NCBI RefSeq assembly: GCF_006345805.1
Contig: NC_042999.1
Location: 17,794,001 to 17,858,000 of the forward strand
Length of the DNA: 64,000 bases
Source of the DNA: Octopus sinensis
Taxonomy: Eukaryota
Direction of reading: 5' to 3'
In this document: positions 50,622 to 63,484 of the stretch, in pieces
Layout of the letters: every line of letters starts with the position of its first letter
Position numbering within the stretch: the stretch's first letter is position 1
Notes under the pieces: generated by a model
Databases searched by the model: none
What the model saw: only the letters and a program-made list of their open reading frames with translations
What the model was told of the DNA's origin: nothing
Translations under genes and position numbers: made by a program

Positions 50622-50711
50622 GTCCAGGTCTTTTACAAGATGGAAGAGAGGGAGAAGAAGAAGAAGAAGACGAAGAAGAAGAAGAAGAAGAAGAAGAAGA
50701 AGAAGAAGAAG

Positions 50712-50743
<32 letters not shown>

Positions 50744-50765
50744 GAAGAAGAAGAAGTAGAAGAAT
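50290..50765 (+). mobile_element. three stacked short LINE 3'-UTR tips, each with its own simple-repeat tail
   Basis: Blocks 50290-50418, 50484-50560 and 50620-50652 are followed respectively by (TAA)n, (TAA)n and (GAA)n. Confidence 0.55.
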
Positions 50766-51627
50766 ACATATCATGAGCAGTAGTTGCAGCAGTAGTAATA
50801 CTACTATATACTTTAACACAGTTTTCTTTCATTTTTCTGCTGCTGTTTCGTTTTTGTGTTGTGCACTTACTGGTGTATGGTACTCGACTGCATTCAGAGT
50901 ATAACAAATGACGAACAACATTTTCATATGTTCCATTTAGTTTTCACATATGCAATCTACATTTTATGTACGTAGATTTTTAGTGAACCCTTTTCGAAAG
51001 CATATATTACCATCTTATTTCGTTTTGAAACAACCTCCTCCTTCTAATCACCCAAATCCCGATAGACACAGTTTTATATTTAAATACAAATTTATTTCTA
51101 TTGACTATCTCTCTGAATGTGTTATCTCGATGAAACAGGTAAATATCAATAATTCATATTCCTTTGAAAATATATACTTATTTTCAAATGCCCTTTCTGC
51201 TGTGCTACATGCCAACATATTGATATCTGTTTTCCTTCCTTTTCAGCACGATCCTTTTATCGGTACGGTTAAACCATACAGATTTCACTTACTAACTGCA
51301 TATCCTGCATTTCCAAGCCGCTGCGTTCATCATTTGCACATAAAGTAGTTTCACCAATTTATTTCCTGCAAGCACTGTGCACGTATGTATTATATAATAT
51401 TATATTTATTATTTATTTTTTTTACCGTATGATATCGTTTGTATTCTGTCGCCGTGGGTTGAATACAGTTTAATACATATGCAATGGATCCATGTTGTAT
51501 TGCACTCAGTCACGACTTTCAGAATCTCTATCTTTAAACACATTCGCCCCGAAAAGAAACGCCTTATTGTTTATTCTTTCGTATTCCTTTCTTCCGTGCT
51601 CTTGAAAGTACAATAAAGACACACACT

Positions 51628-51713
<86 letters not shown>

Positions 51714-51732
51714 CATAAATACATACATGCAT

Positions 51733-51788
<56 letters not shown>

Positions 51789-52868
51789 TTATATACATAT
51801 TTAAACTCCTATATTGAAAATAACTGCAATTGTTTGCAGATTTTTACACTCGCAGTACAATGGAATGGTGAGATGTTTTGTAATCAATATCATCCCTCCA
51901 AGGAGCAAACGTAGTTTTCTCATGTGGCTATTTCAATAAGTCTTTCGTAAGATCCTACTGTCATTTCACTCAGCGAGAGAGTGCATACCTAGTTCTGAGT
52001 GTCATATTCAGCAATTTAGTGAGGGAACGAAACTCACAGATGTAATTGAAAAGCAAAATTAGTTTATAATCAAAATGCCACATAAATAAGCAAATACGCA
52101 AAAATGAAGAATAAAATGAAGTGTTCAGATATATTAAAAGTGATAAAGACAGACCATTCCTGTATATGCCAAATCCCTTGGAAAATATCCTAGTGTAGAA
52201 TAACACGTGACAACCATATTACAGCATAAGAGATGTTAATTCACGTCACGAGGTTCTTACGAAAATCATGCTAAATATTTATCTATCTATCTATTTATCT
52301 ATCTATTTATCTGTTTGTTTGTCTCTCTACTGTCTACTTATCTATTTATCATCCTATACACGATTCACACACACACACATATAGCGTATAAGCGGGTGAG
52401 ACATATATACGCGTATCAATGTTTTATTATCTCTTGCGATTGGACACTTTGGAATTTGTTTTTCTGTTTCCACAACTGAACTTATTTGCTGTGTAATCTC
52501 TTACAAATAATGAACATTACAATTACATATCGCAGCACATCTTCCTTTTTATAAACAAAAATGTGGTCCCTAATCCATTCTCATATCTTTCACCAGGCAA
52601 ATGTGAATCTGTGGTACTTTTTTAGATCTAATAATACTTGTGTGATAAGCTACTGAAAAGTCGGAAAAAATACTGCTTCACATAAACGGACAAAAACCGC
52701 CATATACATTCGCTTGCGTTTGCAGGGGGGAAAGATTGTATGCGTCGAATATTTGCATGTGAATGTGTGTATATGGATATACACATACGTATGTGTATAT
52801 CTCTCTGTCTATGTATGTATGTATGTATGTATGTATGTATGTATGTATCTATCTATCTATCTATCTAT

Positions 52869-52931
<63 letters not shown>

Positions 52932-53786
52932 TAGGTTATAAGTATAAAAAAGCACACAACAAAGAGGAAGAAACACAGAAATATAATGTCAGAGATCGAT
53001 GAAGAGTGTGTAATATGTGACAGACGCACATCGAGTTACAAGTTAAATTTTCTAGAGTTTTTTTTTTAATAAATTAATATTTTAGTTCTTTTAGTGAAAA
53101 GAGATCGATCAAACTAGTTTAACGTTTATTATTCATAAGAGATCGATTACTCATTTCCTGACAACTGAGAAACGAGTATATTAAAGCCGTTAATAGTATA
53201 CACAAACACGGACATTACTAACTTTTTCCGCATAATTTGCATAACAGTACAAGCTTTGGAAACATGAATTTATTAATTTTAGTGGTACAACACGAGGTTA
53301 GAATACATACACAACTAACCTAAAAAAAGTGTGCTGCTTTAATAAATAGCTATTTTTAAACTTAACTTGTAATGTAACAGCACTGAATTAATCATATCCT
53401 TTCCAGTGGAGACCAAATTAAAGACATCAATCGGATTTCATTTAGTCTTTTTTACAGGTTCATTAGGCTCGAAAATGGCTGTGTGGTAAAGAAAGTTCTT
53501 TGGCAACTGTCTTGTTTTGAGTTCATTTCCTCTAAATTTGCGTGGAAGCCCATCTGCACAAACACACAAGTACACACATACGCACTCACACACAAAAACA
53601 CATAAACACACGTGTCTGTAGTGGTATGCCTGTGTTGACGACTGGTGTTAGTTTGTCTACGTCTCCATAAGTTAACGGTAAGATACAGATATAGTAAATA
53701 ACAAAAACGAGTACTGGGTTTGATAGAATCCATTCAAATCCTTCACGGGCGGTGACCTGTGATCGCTTCGGTCCTATAACCTATTT

Positions 53787-54006
53787 TTTATTGCCCACAA
53801 GGGGCTAAACACAGAAGAGACAAACAAGGACGGACAGAAGGATTAATTCGATTATATCGACACCAGTGCGTAACTGGTACTCAATTTATCGACCTCAAAA
53901 GGATGAAAGGCAAAGTCGACATCGGCGGAATTTGAACTCAGAACGTAGCGGCAGACGAAATACCGCTGAGAATTTCGCTAGGTGTGCTAACGTTTCTGCC
54001 AGCTCG
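53787..54006 (-). mobile_element. tRNA-derived SINE, family B
   Basis: Reverse complement of cccacaaggggctaaacacag...gaaaggcaaagtcgac...gctaacgtttctgccagctcg. Confidence 0.9.
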
Positions 54007-54032
54007 AACAGAAACGACGAAAGATTCTGTAA

Positions 54033-55282
54033 ATCGATCACGGCTAACGTAGTGTTAAAACAGTTTCTCAAATTTATGGGAAAAAAACAGTACCTTTCAA
54101 GTATATGCATTTTCAAATACCATTACATTATCAGCAATAAGGGGGAGAGAGATCCTCAACGGATCTGCTCCCCAGAAATACAATTTCTTTTCAGTCTAAA
54201 ACTACATATAATCAAATTCAATAACTTTTCAAAACTAATAATGATTCAAATTGATCTTCAGACCCAAGAGAGAGAACAAGTTTTTTTATATTATAAATGT
54301 TTACATTTGTCTAGAAACTTTTAGAAGCCTCACTTACAAATAGTATAACATTCTAATGCACATAAATAATTCTGTCTACTTTGCATGTTAGGTCCAGTAT
54401 TACTTATGTGACTTAATTATTGCACAATTGGGCTTAATGTTACAATTTATTTACACATTGTTGTCATTCTGCGATCAGAAAGGCGTATGTAATGTCAAGG
54501 CGGCGAGCTGGCAGAAACGTTAGCACGACGGGCGAAATGCGTAGCCGTATTTCGTCTGTCGTTATATTTCGATTTCAAATTCCACCGAGGTCGACTTTGC
54601 ATTTGATCCTTTCGGATACGCATTGGGGTCGATGTAATCGACTTAATCCATTTGTCTGTCCTTGTTTGTCCCCTCTGTGTGTAGCCCCTTGTGGGTAGTA
54701 AAGAAAAAAATAAAGCATATGTAATGCCGAAGAGTGTAAGAAAGTACTTTTGAATATTTACATTGTTAGACTTCATAAAAAAACGAAATATTTATTTTTC
54801 TAGCATCGGAAATAATTGAATACAGCTATTTAGAAATTACACGTCTCAGATAGAACTAAAGCAGAATCTTTAAATTCTACAAGAGTGTACGCATTTAAAT
54901 TGAATATCATTTACTTAATATTAGAACTACGAATAATTATGTTAGATAAGTAATAGTTACAAAAAAATATGAAATGTCATTCATACTTTATTTAAATTTA
55001 TAATGAAAAGTAAACATTTATAATAAAAAAAATAACTTGTTCTCTCTCTTGGGTCAGAAGATCAATTTGAAACATTATTAGTTTTGAAAAGTTATTGAAT
55101 TAGACTATATGTAGTTTTAGGCTGAAAAGAAGTTGAATTTCTGGGGAGCCGATCCGTAGAGGATCTTTCTCCCGCCTATTGCTGATAATGTAATGACATT
55201 TCAAAATGCATACTTTGAAATGTACTATTTTTTCCCCATAAATTTGGGAAACTGTTTTAACACTACGTCAACCGTGATCGAT
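54033..55282. mobile_element. foldback/MITE-like element with about 270-bp terminal inverted repeats
   Basis: 54033-54304 is the diverged reverse complement of 55010-55282 (atcgatcacgg / ccgtgatcgat; gacccaagagagagaacaag / cttgttctctctcttgggtc); AT-rich non-coding interior with a SINE inserted. Confidence 0.75.
54495..54714 (+). mobile_element. tRNA-derived SINE, family B, with target-site duplication
   Basis: aggcggcgagctggcagaaacgttagc...gtgggtagtaaagaaaaaaa; flanked by gcgtatgtaatg (54483-94) and gcatatgtaatg (54715-26). Confidence 0.92.
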
Positions 55283-55377
55283 GAGATATTTGGTAAAATA
55301 TATTGCAGCATTCACAATAAATTTTCTTTTACTGTTAATATATTTTGTAATACGCCATCTGTATCTTATTTGCATTC

Positions 55378-55501
55378 TTTACATTTGACGGATATTTGTC
55401 CTCATCTTGTTTGCTGTTTCGACTGATACACTCCCCAGCCTTCATTAGGTGTTTTGGGGAAATTCCAAACATGAGTTCTCATTCTTAAGGTAGATTTCGA
55501 T
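55378..55501 (-). mobile_element. family H3 repeat, HHR inactivated
   Basis: Minus strand catcgaaatctacc...aaacac-CUAAUGA-a-ggcug..cagtc-GAAAC-agc: core G5 mutated and stem III/I deleted. Confidence 0.75.
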
Positions 55502-55511
55502 GTTGCTGTTG

Positions 55512-55546
<35 letters not shown>

Positions 55547-55603
55547 GCTGTTGTTGTTGTTGTTGTTCTCCTTCTTCTTCTTCTTCTTCTTCTTCTTCTT
55601 CTG

Positions 55604-55655
<52 letters not shown>

Positions 55656-55751
55656 TATTATTATTATTATCCATGTCACTGAAACGGTATTAAGGAAGTA
55701 TAGCAAAATATTAGATTTATAAGCCCTAAAATTCATTGCATGATTGCCCAC

Positions 55752-55850
55752 GGGCATATCGCATAGTGGTTAAGTGCGCGAGCTTTTAACCCTAATATTC
55801 CGAGTTCGATTCCGAGTTCGATTTCGAGTTCGATTCCAAACACTGACTTG
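55752..55850 (+). mobile_element. short tRNA-head SINE-like element with triplicated B-box
   Basis: A-box-like gcatatcgcatagtggttaa, then ttccgagttcga x3 (55798-55833), then (AAT)n. Confidence 0.6.
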
Positions 55851-55873
55851 AATAATAATAATAATAATAATAA

Positions 55874-56280
55874 TAGGCGCAGGAGTGGCTTTGTGGTAAG
55901 TAGCTTGCTAACCAACCACATGGTTCCGGGTTCAGTCCCACTGCGTGAAATCTTGGGCAAGTGTCTTCTACTACAGCCTCGGGCCGACCAAAGCCTTGTG
56001 AGTGGATTTGGTAGACGGAAACTGAAAGAAGCCTGTCGTATATATATATATGTATGTATGTGTATGTGTTTGTTTGTCTGTGTTTGTACCCCTAGCATTG
56101 CTTGACAACCGATGGTGGTGTGTTTACGTCCCCATCACTTAGCGGTTCGGCAAAAGAGACCGATTGAATAAGTACTAGGCTTACAAAGAATAAGTCCCGG
56201 GGTCGATTTGCTCGGCTAAAGGCGGTGCTCCAGCATGGCCGCAGTCAAATGACTGAAACATGTAAAAGAGTAAAAGAGTA
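55874..56280 (+). mobile_element. tRNA-derived SINE, family A, full length, inserted in (TAA)n
   Basis: taggcgcaggagtggc...ggcggtgctccagcatggccgcagtcaaatgactgaaacatgtaaaagagtaaaagagta. Confidence 0.95.
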
Positions 56281-56306
56281 ATAGTTATAATAATAATAAT
56301 AAAAAC

Positions 56307-56476
56307 ATCGAAAAATACTTTAGGAATGAGAACCAATGTTCGAAATTTCCCCAAGACATCCGATGAAGTTTGGGGGTATATCAGCCGAAACGTTTTGTTA
56401 ACAATAAACAAGATGAGGACAAATATCCGTCAAATGTAAATAATGGACATTATTCCTCATCTCTTTAATATAGAAC
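56307..56476 (+). mobile_element. family H3 repeat, HHR degenerate
   Basis: gacau-CCGAUGA-a-guuug..cagcc-GAAA-CG-UU-uuguu: U4 mutated and stems II/I weakened; otherwise colinear with 30566-30706. Confidence 0.78.
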
Positions 56477-58573
56477 TGTATTACCATCTGTACCATACTG
56501 TTACTTTTTTTTGAAGTTTAGCCTAAGATATGCGTGTGATATGAGTAACGTAGAGACTAAGTAGAATTCTCGCATTCAGACATACAGTAGCATTCCTGCT
56601 GCTAATTTTATTGATAATAAAAGGATGATGCGGTGACGGGTAGGTGGATAATGATGAATATGTTATTCCAGTAACGGCTTCAACTTCAGTTTCCGCTGCT
56701 GCTATTCAGGTTGCTATTGCTGTTTTTGTTGTTGTTGTAAATCAACAAGACGGGGCAAGGGTGATTAAGTGATGGCCTAGGGCTTAGGAGCGGGATATCC
56801 CAGACTTTGGAAAAAAACTTTGGCCGTCTTGTAGTCGAGGGCTCTTCGTTGACGCCCGACACCACTGGGAGGTGGCCCTCGAAGTCGCTGGAAATGGAGA
56901 TATCCAGGTCCAAATTCTTGAACGGCTGCTACTGTTGCTTGTGACTGAAAACATTTTGTAGCATGGAAATATTTTAAATTGTTGAATATATGGTAGTTTA
57001 ATTGCTGTAATATTTAAAAGTGTAATGTGTTCTACTATCGTAAGAGCAATAAAATATTATAGAAGAATGTAATGAAAATGTTGCATCATTTCAAAATGCG
57101 ATTATGGTTTCGTTTCTTAACTGCGCTTGAAAGCATGATACTTTTATTTGCCCACGATTCATCATGAATAATTCCTCTTTGTTGTTGCTAATATCCTTGA
57201 TTGTTATTTTCATATCTACTCTGATTGAACACACTCTTAGCCAAAAACGTCAGAGCAAAAACCTTCCTTTCTTCGCATATTCATATTATCCAATGAAATT
57301 ACAAATATTAAAAGAATAATTATATAACTGATTCGGCAAAATTCTAAGCATATCAAAACGCACTGGAAATTGCCCTCACACTTGTGTTTGTCTCTATAGT
57401 TATAGTTGATTATTTTGTTAACTAAGTTAAGCAAAGAAGTATGTTGTCGTCATGCATACCATGGTTAACTATTCAATGCATCATTTCTACGATGTATGCC
57501 TTTGATTGATCTCCAAATATAATAAAACGCAGCGTAATCCAAAATATAAAAGGCGCCGTCTTAAAGACGAGGGAAGCTTCTTGATAGTTGAAAAGTGGAT
57601 GCATACAGAAATGAATGACAGTGGCAGCTGGAAAACGATTTAACGCTAAGCTGAATCACAAGTTATGAAGAGAAAAATCAGCCATTATATGAAGCATCTC
57701 TGTTTATTGGTCTGCTGAAGGGTCTGGTCATGAGCTGCTCAAATGCTCCCGTTAAGCATTTTACTTATTTTTAGAATTATTGCAGAAATCAGTGTTTGAT
57801 AACAATGCACTGTCTATCTATCCACGTTCTTACACACTGTACTGGCGAAAATGTATTGAAAAAAATAGCAATGAATTATTCTGTCGAACTTTTACATCAC
57901 AACAAATACCACAACAAACACGAAATTTTTTTTCCGTGACACCAGCCTCAACCCAAATTTTCTGGCTTCTTTCCGTTTCAAGTATCTGAAAGTATCAGGA
58001 GGAATATATATTCGCACCAAGAAGCTAGTGGTCATTGTATCCCCTAATAAAACGTATTCACACGGATTTATAGGTAGAAAAAAAAACAAAAAACTATTGA
58101 TTTCCAAAATCGACAACATATTTGTAACGGACCGCATCACCGATAGAATTGATCACAAACTTTACATGTACGTATATTATTGACGCACATGAAGTTGCTA
58201 GTATTTCATCTCAGAACACACAGAGTCGAAGCAAAATAACACAGATCAATCACATCGGCTTTATACTATTTCTGTATAGTTGACGTACTCGATATTTTAC
58301 AAAAACCGCATCAATTCTATCAATTTTCGATGTATCATTTTTATTTCCTGATGTATCTATTCAGCTGTATATAAGTACCTCTCTCTTTACCTGCTCTCTC
58401 TCTCCCGCCATCTATTCATCTATCTATCTATCGATCGATCGATCGATCTATCTATCTGTCTATCTGTCTATCTATCTATCTATTTATATATATATATCTA
58501 TATATCTATCATCCATCTTTCTAGCTATCTATCTATTTATCTATCTATCTATTTATTTATCTATCTATCTATC

Positions 58574-58631
<58 letters not shown>

Positions 58632-58639
58632 CTATCTTT

Positions 58640-58830
58640 TTCTTGTTTCATTTATTTGACTGCGACCATGCTTTAGTCGAACAAACCGACCCCGTTCTTT
58701 GTAAGCCTAGTACTTATTCTATCGATCTATTTTGCTAAGTTATGGGGACGTAAACACACCAAAATAGGTTGTCAAGCGATGGTGGGGCGACAAACACGCA
58801 CACAAACAAACACACATATACATACACACA
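58640..58830 (-). mobile_element. SINE family A, 3' half
   Basis: cttgtttcatttatttgactgcgaccatgc...ggggacgtaaacacacc...ttgtcaagcgatggtgggg. Confidence 0.82.
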
Positions 58831-58959
58831 CACAGACATATATATATATATATATGCATACATAAATACATACATATATAAATTCATGTGCTTGTGTGTG
58901 TGCGTGCGCATGTATGTGTGTGTCTGTATAGTTGACACTACACCGAATACGATGACTAA

Positions 58960-59190
58960 AATTCCAATCTCTCCGATCAACGGAGGAGCCTGCGCAATAA
59001 ATTAACCTGCAAGTGGCTGACCCCTCCCCATACACGCGTATCCTTAATCAAGAAGATTAAGAGTAACATGGAATGTGAGAAGGATGGCGGTTTCAAATAC
59101 AGCTGAATGAACTGGACCAACGGGAAATAAAGCCTGTTGCTCAATGATACAAAGCGCCGCCCTTAATCTACCCCTTGAGATCGTGAGCAG
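58960..59190 (-). mobile_element. SINE family C-like, old degenerate
   Basis: gatcaacggaggagcctgcgcaataaattaacctgcaagtggctgac...cagctgaatgaactggaccaacgggaaataaag. Confidence 0.6.
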
Positions 59191-59332
59191 AATATTCTAG
59201 AAACTATATACGTATGTATATGTATAAATTCAAATACACATACATTAACACACTCACACACACACACACATAACACACATATATATAAATATATATATAT
59301 GTATATATATATTATATATTATATATATATAT

Positions 59333-59363
<31 letters not shown>

Positions 59364-59364
59364 G

Positions 59365-59420
<56 letters not shown>

Positions 59421-59759
59421 TATTTGGGTTCATCCGATGCCTCCATGATTCTTAAATGTGATATGCCTGTGGAAGACACTCGGGAATTGAACAGACTCGG
59501 CCATTGGTCACATACCAGGTCGGGTAGTGGTCTTGGTCATTTTACTCCTCCATCCATTCTTTCCCCGTTGGAGGTTGAACAACTGAAATTAATTGCTCTT
59601 CGCAAGGATAGACGGTCGGCGAATTTTCTGTAGGAAGTTTATATAAAACACTGAAAATAACGATCTCTTAAATACCACAAATATATCTGCCGAATTTATA
59701 TTTGTGTTGAAATTTGCTTAAGGCGCTTGCATTCCGGTAATTGCTGAATTTGTCAAAAT

Positions 59760-60060
59760 TCAGTTGTTCAATTGAATATAAACAAATGCAGAAAAAGGAA
59801 TTGTCATAAGTGCAAAGTAATGAGATCGCAAGGCGACCAAATCGCAAGTTGAGAGAATCGTTGAAATACCGGGTTAAATACTTTGAGGCATTTTGTTCTG
59901 CCAAGGTCAACATTGATTTTCATCCTATCGAGAAGCACCGGTAAAACATTGGGCTCAATGTAATAGACATACCCTCTTCTCCCGAAATTTGATAGTTTGT
60001 GCCACAATTTAAGACCAGCAGAATCATTTTAGTCGTAAAACTAGATAATACATCAAACAC
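59760..60060 (+). mobile_element. putative decayed Penelope-like GIY-YIG region
   Basis: NKCRKRNCHKCK (C-x4-C-x2-C, like the PLE linker finger), then after a frameshift AFCSAKVNIDF..R*NIGL, loosely matching F.C.S.N.IY...C...YIG; many stops. Confidence 0.3.
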
Positions 60061-60838
60061 AGGTCTCTTCAGATTGATTTGTGAAAGTTTCAGCCAATAA
60101 ATATAAGGAGAATGTCACAAAATGTAATAATCCATACATTATTATATGTGTAGGTGTACACGTGTTTCTGGCTTCAGTTTCCTTACATGGCAAGAGAGTT
60201 CTCCAATGACTCTAGGCCGACCGAATCTCTGCATGTATATGCATGTCTGTTTGTGTGTATGAATATGTATATATTTATGTGCATGTTTATATATAGAAAA
60301 AATATGTATATATGTATTTATATGCATATTCACTTTCCCTCCACTTTTCACTTCACTGTGTCCCGATCATTTTTTCTCGCCCCTCCTTAATTCTTCTGTT
60401 TGTCGGCTTCTGCTTCTCTCTCTTGTCTTCCCACGTGACTATCGGCCAAGCCTGCTCTTTCTTTCTTGGTCTAATTATTGGCCATCCAACATCGATACCC
60501 TTCCCTGTATTTGTGAAATATGTGTATCTCTGCCGCAAAGCTTCATTTCCACACTCACCAGCTTAATTCAATTCGTCCTTAGTCGAGAGACTCCCGTTGT
60601 TATGTCCTGTTATTATTTTTGGTGTATTTATATTTGTGTGATATTGACCGTTTTTCCGTCCTCGTTTTTGTATACATTCGCTGCTTTCTTCCAAGGCCGG
60701 ATTGGAGCAATCTCAAGAAAAATCAGCCGAAATTGCGAGGATAATCTGGTGCTTGACTATATATATATATAATTTAACCTCTAAAGGTATTTTTTGATAT
60801 GCTGGCCATTGATAATTTTTTCTTCTAATCCTACATTA

Positions 60839-60983
<145 letters not shown>

Positions 60984-61009
60984 AGTCAATTCATGTAAAC
61001 GAGTAAAAC

Positions 61010-61100
61010 TAACGGAAAAGGGGACTTGCACTAGATGTTAGGAGAAAAGTTTGACGTTTCGAGCATAGCTCTTTGCGCGACAGGAGAAATGTCCAAACAA
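61010..61100 (-). mobile_element. degenerate HHR-type pseudo-LTR remnant
   Basis: Minus strand ...cugucgcgcaaa-GAGC-UAU-GCUC-GAAA-CG-UC-aaac: stem II, GAAA and GUC triplet intact, CUGANGA disrupted; next to a (TA)n tract. Confidence 0.45.
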
Positions 61101-61314
61101 GGGGAAAAAGCACAAACGGCACGTGTGTAATTACATTGTGTATAATTACATCTTAGCCAGAGCAGCAGGGCTTTGCGTTGCCTTTATTTCACTTCTTCAT
61201 TCTTTGTTTTTTAAACTCGAAATTGAAACAGCCGAAATGAATTGCTTTTCACCAGGACAAATGTACATATATGTTATTGTGTGTGTGTGCGTGTGTGTGA
61301 AATTATGCTTGTAC

Positions 61315-61500
61315 ACCATCACCGTTGGCTAAATATATTAGTGCGTTTAGGTACCCGTAACTAAGTCGCTCGGATAAAATAAGTACTAGGGTTATATAAA
61401 AGACTCAGTGGCGTCGATTTGTTCAACTAAAAATTCTTCAACGCTGTGGTCCAGCATGGCCAGAGTCTAATGAGAATAACAAACCAAAGATAAAAGATAA
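61315..61500 (+). mobile_element. SINE family A, 3' half, degenerate
   Basis: cccgtaactaagtcgctcgg...aataagtactagg...gtcgatttgttcaactaa...ccagcatggccagagtctaatg. Confidence 0.7.
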
Positions 61501-61827
61501 AAGCAGAAGACACACAGACACACAAAATGTGAAATTATGCGTAATTTACCTGAATGAAACTGTATGGAGCGGTTCATACATTTGGAGGGTAGTATTTCCA
61601 TTACATTATGATAACATTGTTGAAAAGAGAAATAATAATTCTGGACAATATTAGAGGCACCTGAAATAGTATGTATATTTTTAGATGAAAGGAAACCAAA
61701 ATAACCGCAGTATACATGTTCACATACACACATCAACACATATACACATACCCACACATAATATACATACAAACACATAATATATATATATGTATATATA
61801 TATAATATATATATATATAATATATAT

Positions 61828-61875
<48 letters not shown>

Positions 61876-62399
61876 ATATATATTTACGCACGTAGCTTGA
61901 TAATGCATATATATTTTTCTTGTAACAATCTCTCAACCTGTCTATATATTTCTATGTATGTATATATATATATATTGACAGAAAATGAATGTGCTGCTTG
62001 TGTATCAGTGTGTATGTACATGCGTATGTTTCTATTGTAAAATGTGTATAAGCCATATAGGTGTACGTACATTGTACATACATACGTACATATTCGAAAA
62101 AGTGCATCACCATCGACATTTTTCTTGAACGCTCTCAGAGAGTGGAACATTAAGTATTTTCATTTATTGTTACTCCCTGCATTTCTTTGATCTCTTATAA
62201 CAGTGAAGTGCTTTTCTGTGTTTTACTCCAGCCGTAGTAAGTACTTTTACTATTTCTGGTGAGCAGGTTGCAGTGATTCGATATTCCCGTTAAAGTGCTT
62301 TTGCAAGAGAATCTATTTCAAAAAAAATTTCGACAGCCGCAGAGTAACCAAAACATGTGTAGAATACTAATAAAAAGAATAGCGTTGCAATTTGTAGAA

Positions 62400-62767
62400 C
62401 TCACTACTACTACTACTACTACTACTACTAATACTACTACTACTATCAACACCACTACCACCACCACCACCACCACTTCTACCACTAATACTACCACCAC
62501 TTCTACTACTACTACTACCACCATCACTACCACCAACACCACCACCACTACTACTACCACCACTTCTAGTACTACTACTACTACTACAACTGCTTCTACT
62601 ACTACAACTTCTACTACTACTACAACTACTACCACCACCACCACCACCACCACCAATAGCACCACCACCACCACCACCAGCAGCACCACCAGCACCACTA
62701 CCAATACTACTACAACTACCAGCACCACCAGCACCACCATGAGGACTACTACTACTACTACTACTAT

Positions 62768-62801
<34 letters not shown>

Positions 62802-62825
62802 GCTGCTGCTACTGCTGCTGCTGCT
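62400..62825. repeat. mosaic (ACT)/(ACC)/(AGC) trinucleotide tract
   Basis: Directly visible; open in three frames on two strands (poly-T, poly-V, poly-S/G). Confidence 0.9.
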
Positions 62826-63484
62826 TCTAAACAGGACAATAATCATAAAAATAAGTACAATACGAATAACAATAGCACTTCTAATATTGTAACAAAAGAA
62901 TAATGTGTAGAATAATATCATTAGTATTAATATAAATAACAATACGACAATAAAAAAAGAAATGTCTATTAACAATAAAAATAATAATTATAATGTGCAT
63001 TAGCAAAAAAAAAATAACAGACATTATTGGATTGAAGAGAAAAAATGTAACTAATAACAATATTAATGATACAAGTATTGGCTACGAACGTGATGATGTT
63101 TTATTTAATGTGATGAACGTATCGAGAGACTGGACGTACCATCCATTACTACAGAAATATTTCGAATCAGGATATTGGTGCATTGAACCGGAAACGCATT
63201 AGGATATTCTCTGAGTATGTAGTGAGATAGAAGAATTAATTTGTGAAAGAGAATATAATTCTTTCCTTCGTTTTATTGATTCATATATGATTAGTATTGT
63301 TTTGTCTGTGTTTTTTTGTTCTTTTTTTTGAGATTGTTTTGTTTTTTTTGAGAATACCTCCTGCTTTAGTATTATTCAAATAGTCCGTGAATATTTACAA
63401 AAATACATTCTATTATTAATTTTCGCTAAATCTCATAGAGAGAAATTCTTTGAAATTTACGAAAATATCCGGCGGACCTGAGTA

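Noticed and set aside
62295-62975. 202-aa Thr-rich mucin-like ORF and its antisense partners
   Set aside because: A trinucleotide mosaic open in multiple frames on both strands, with no non-repetitive domain or convincing splice context; similar tracts occur at 15.6 and 30 kb.
62993-63202. 69-aa ORF YERDDVLFNVMNVSRDWTYHPLLQKYFESGYWCIEPETH
   Set aside because: Looks protein-like but is short, with no recognisable motif or splice sites; within chance expectation.
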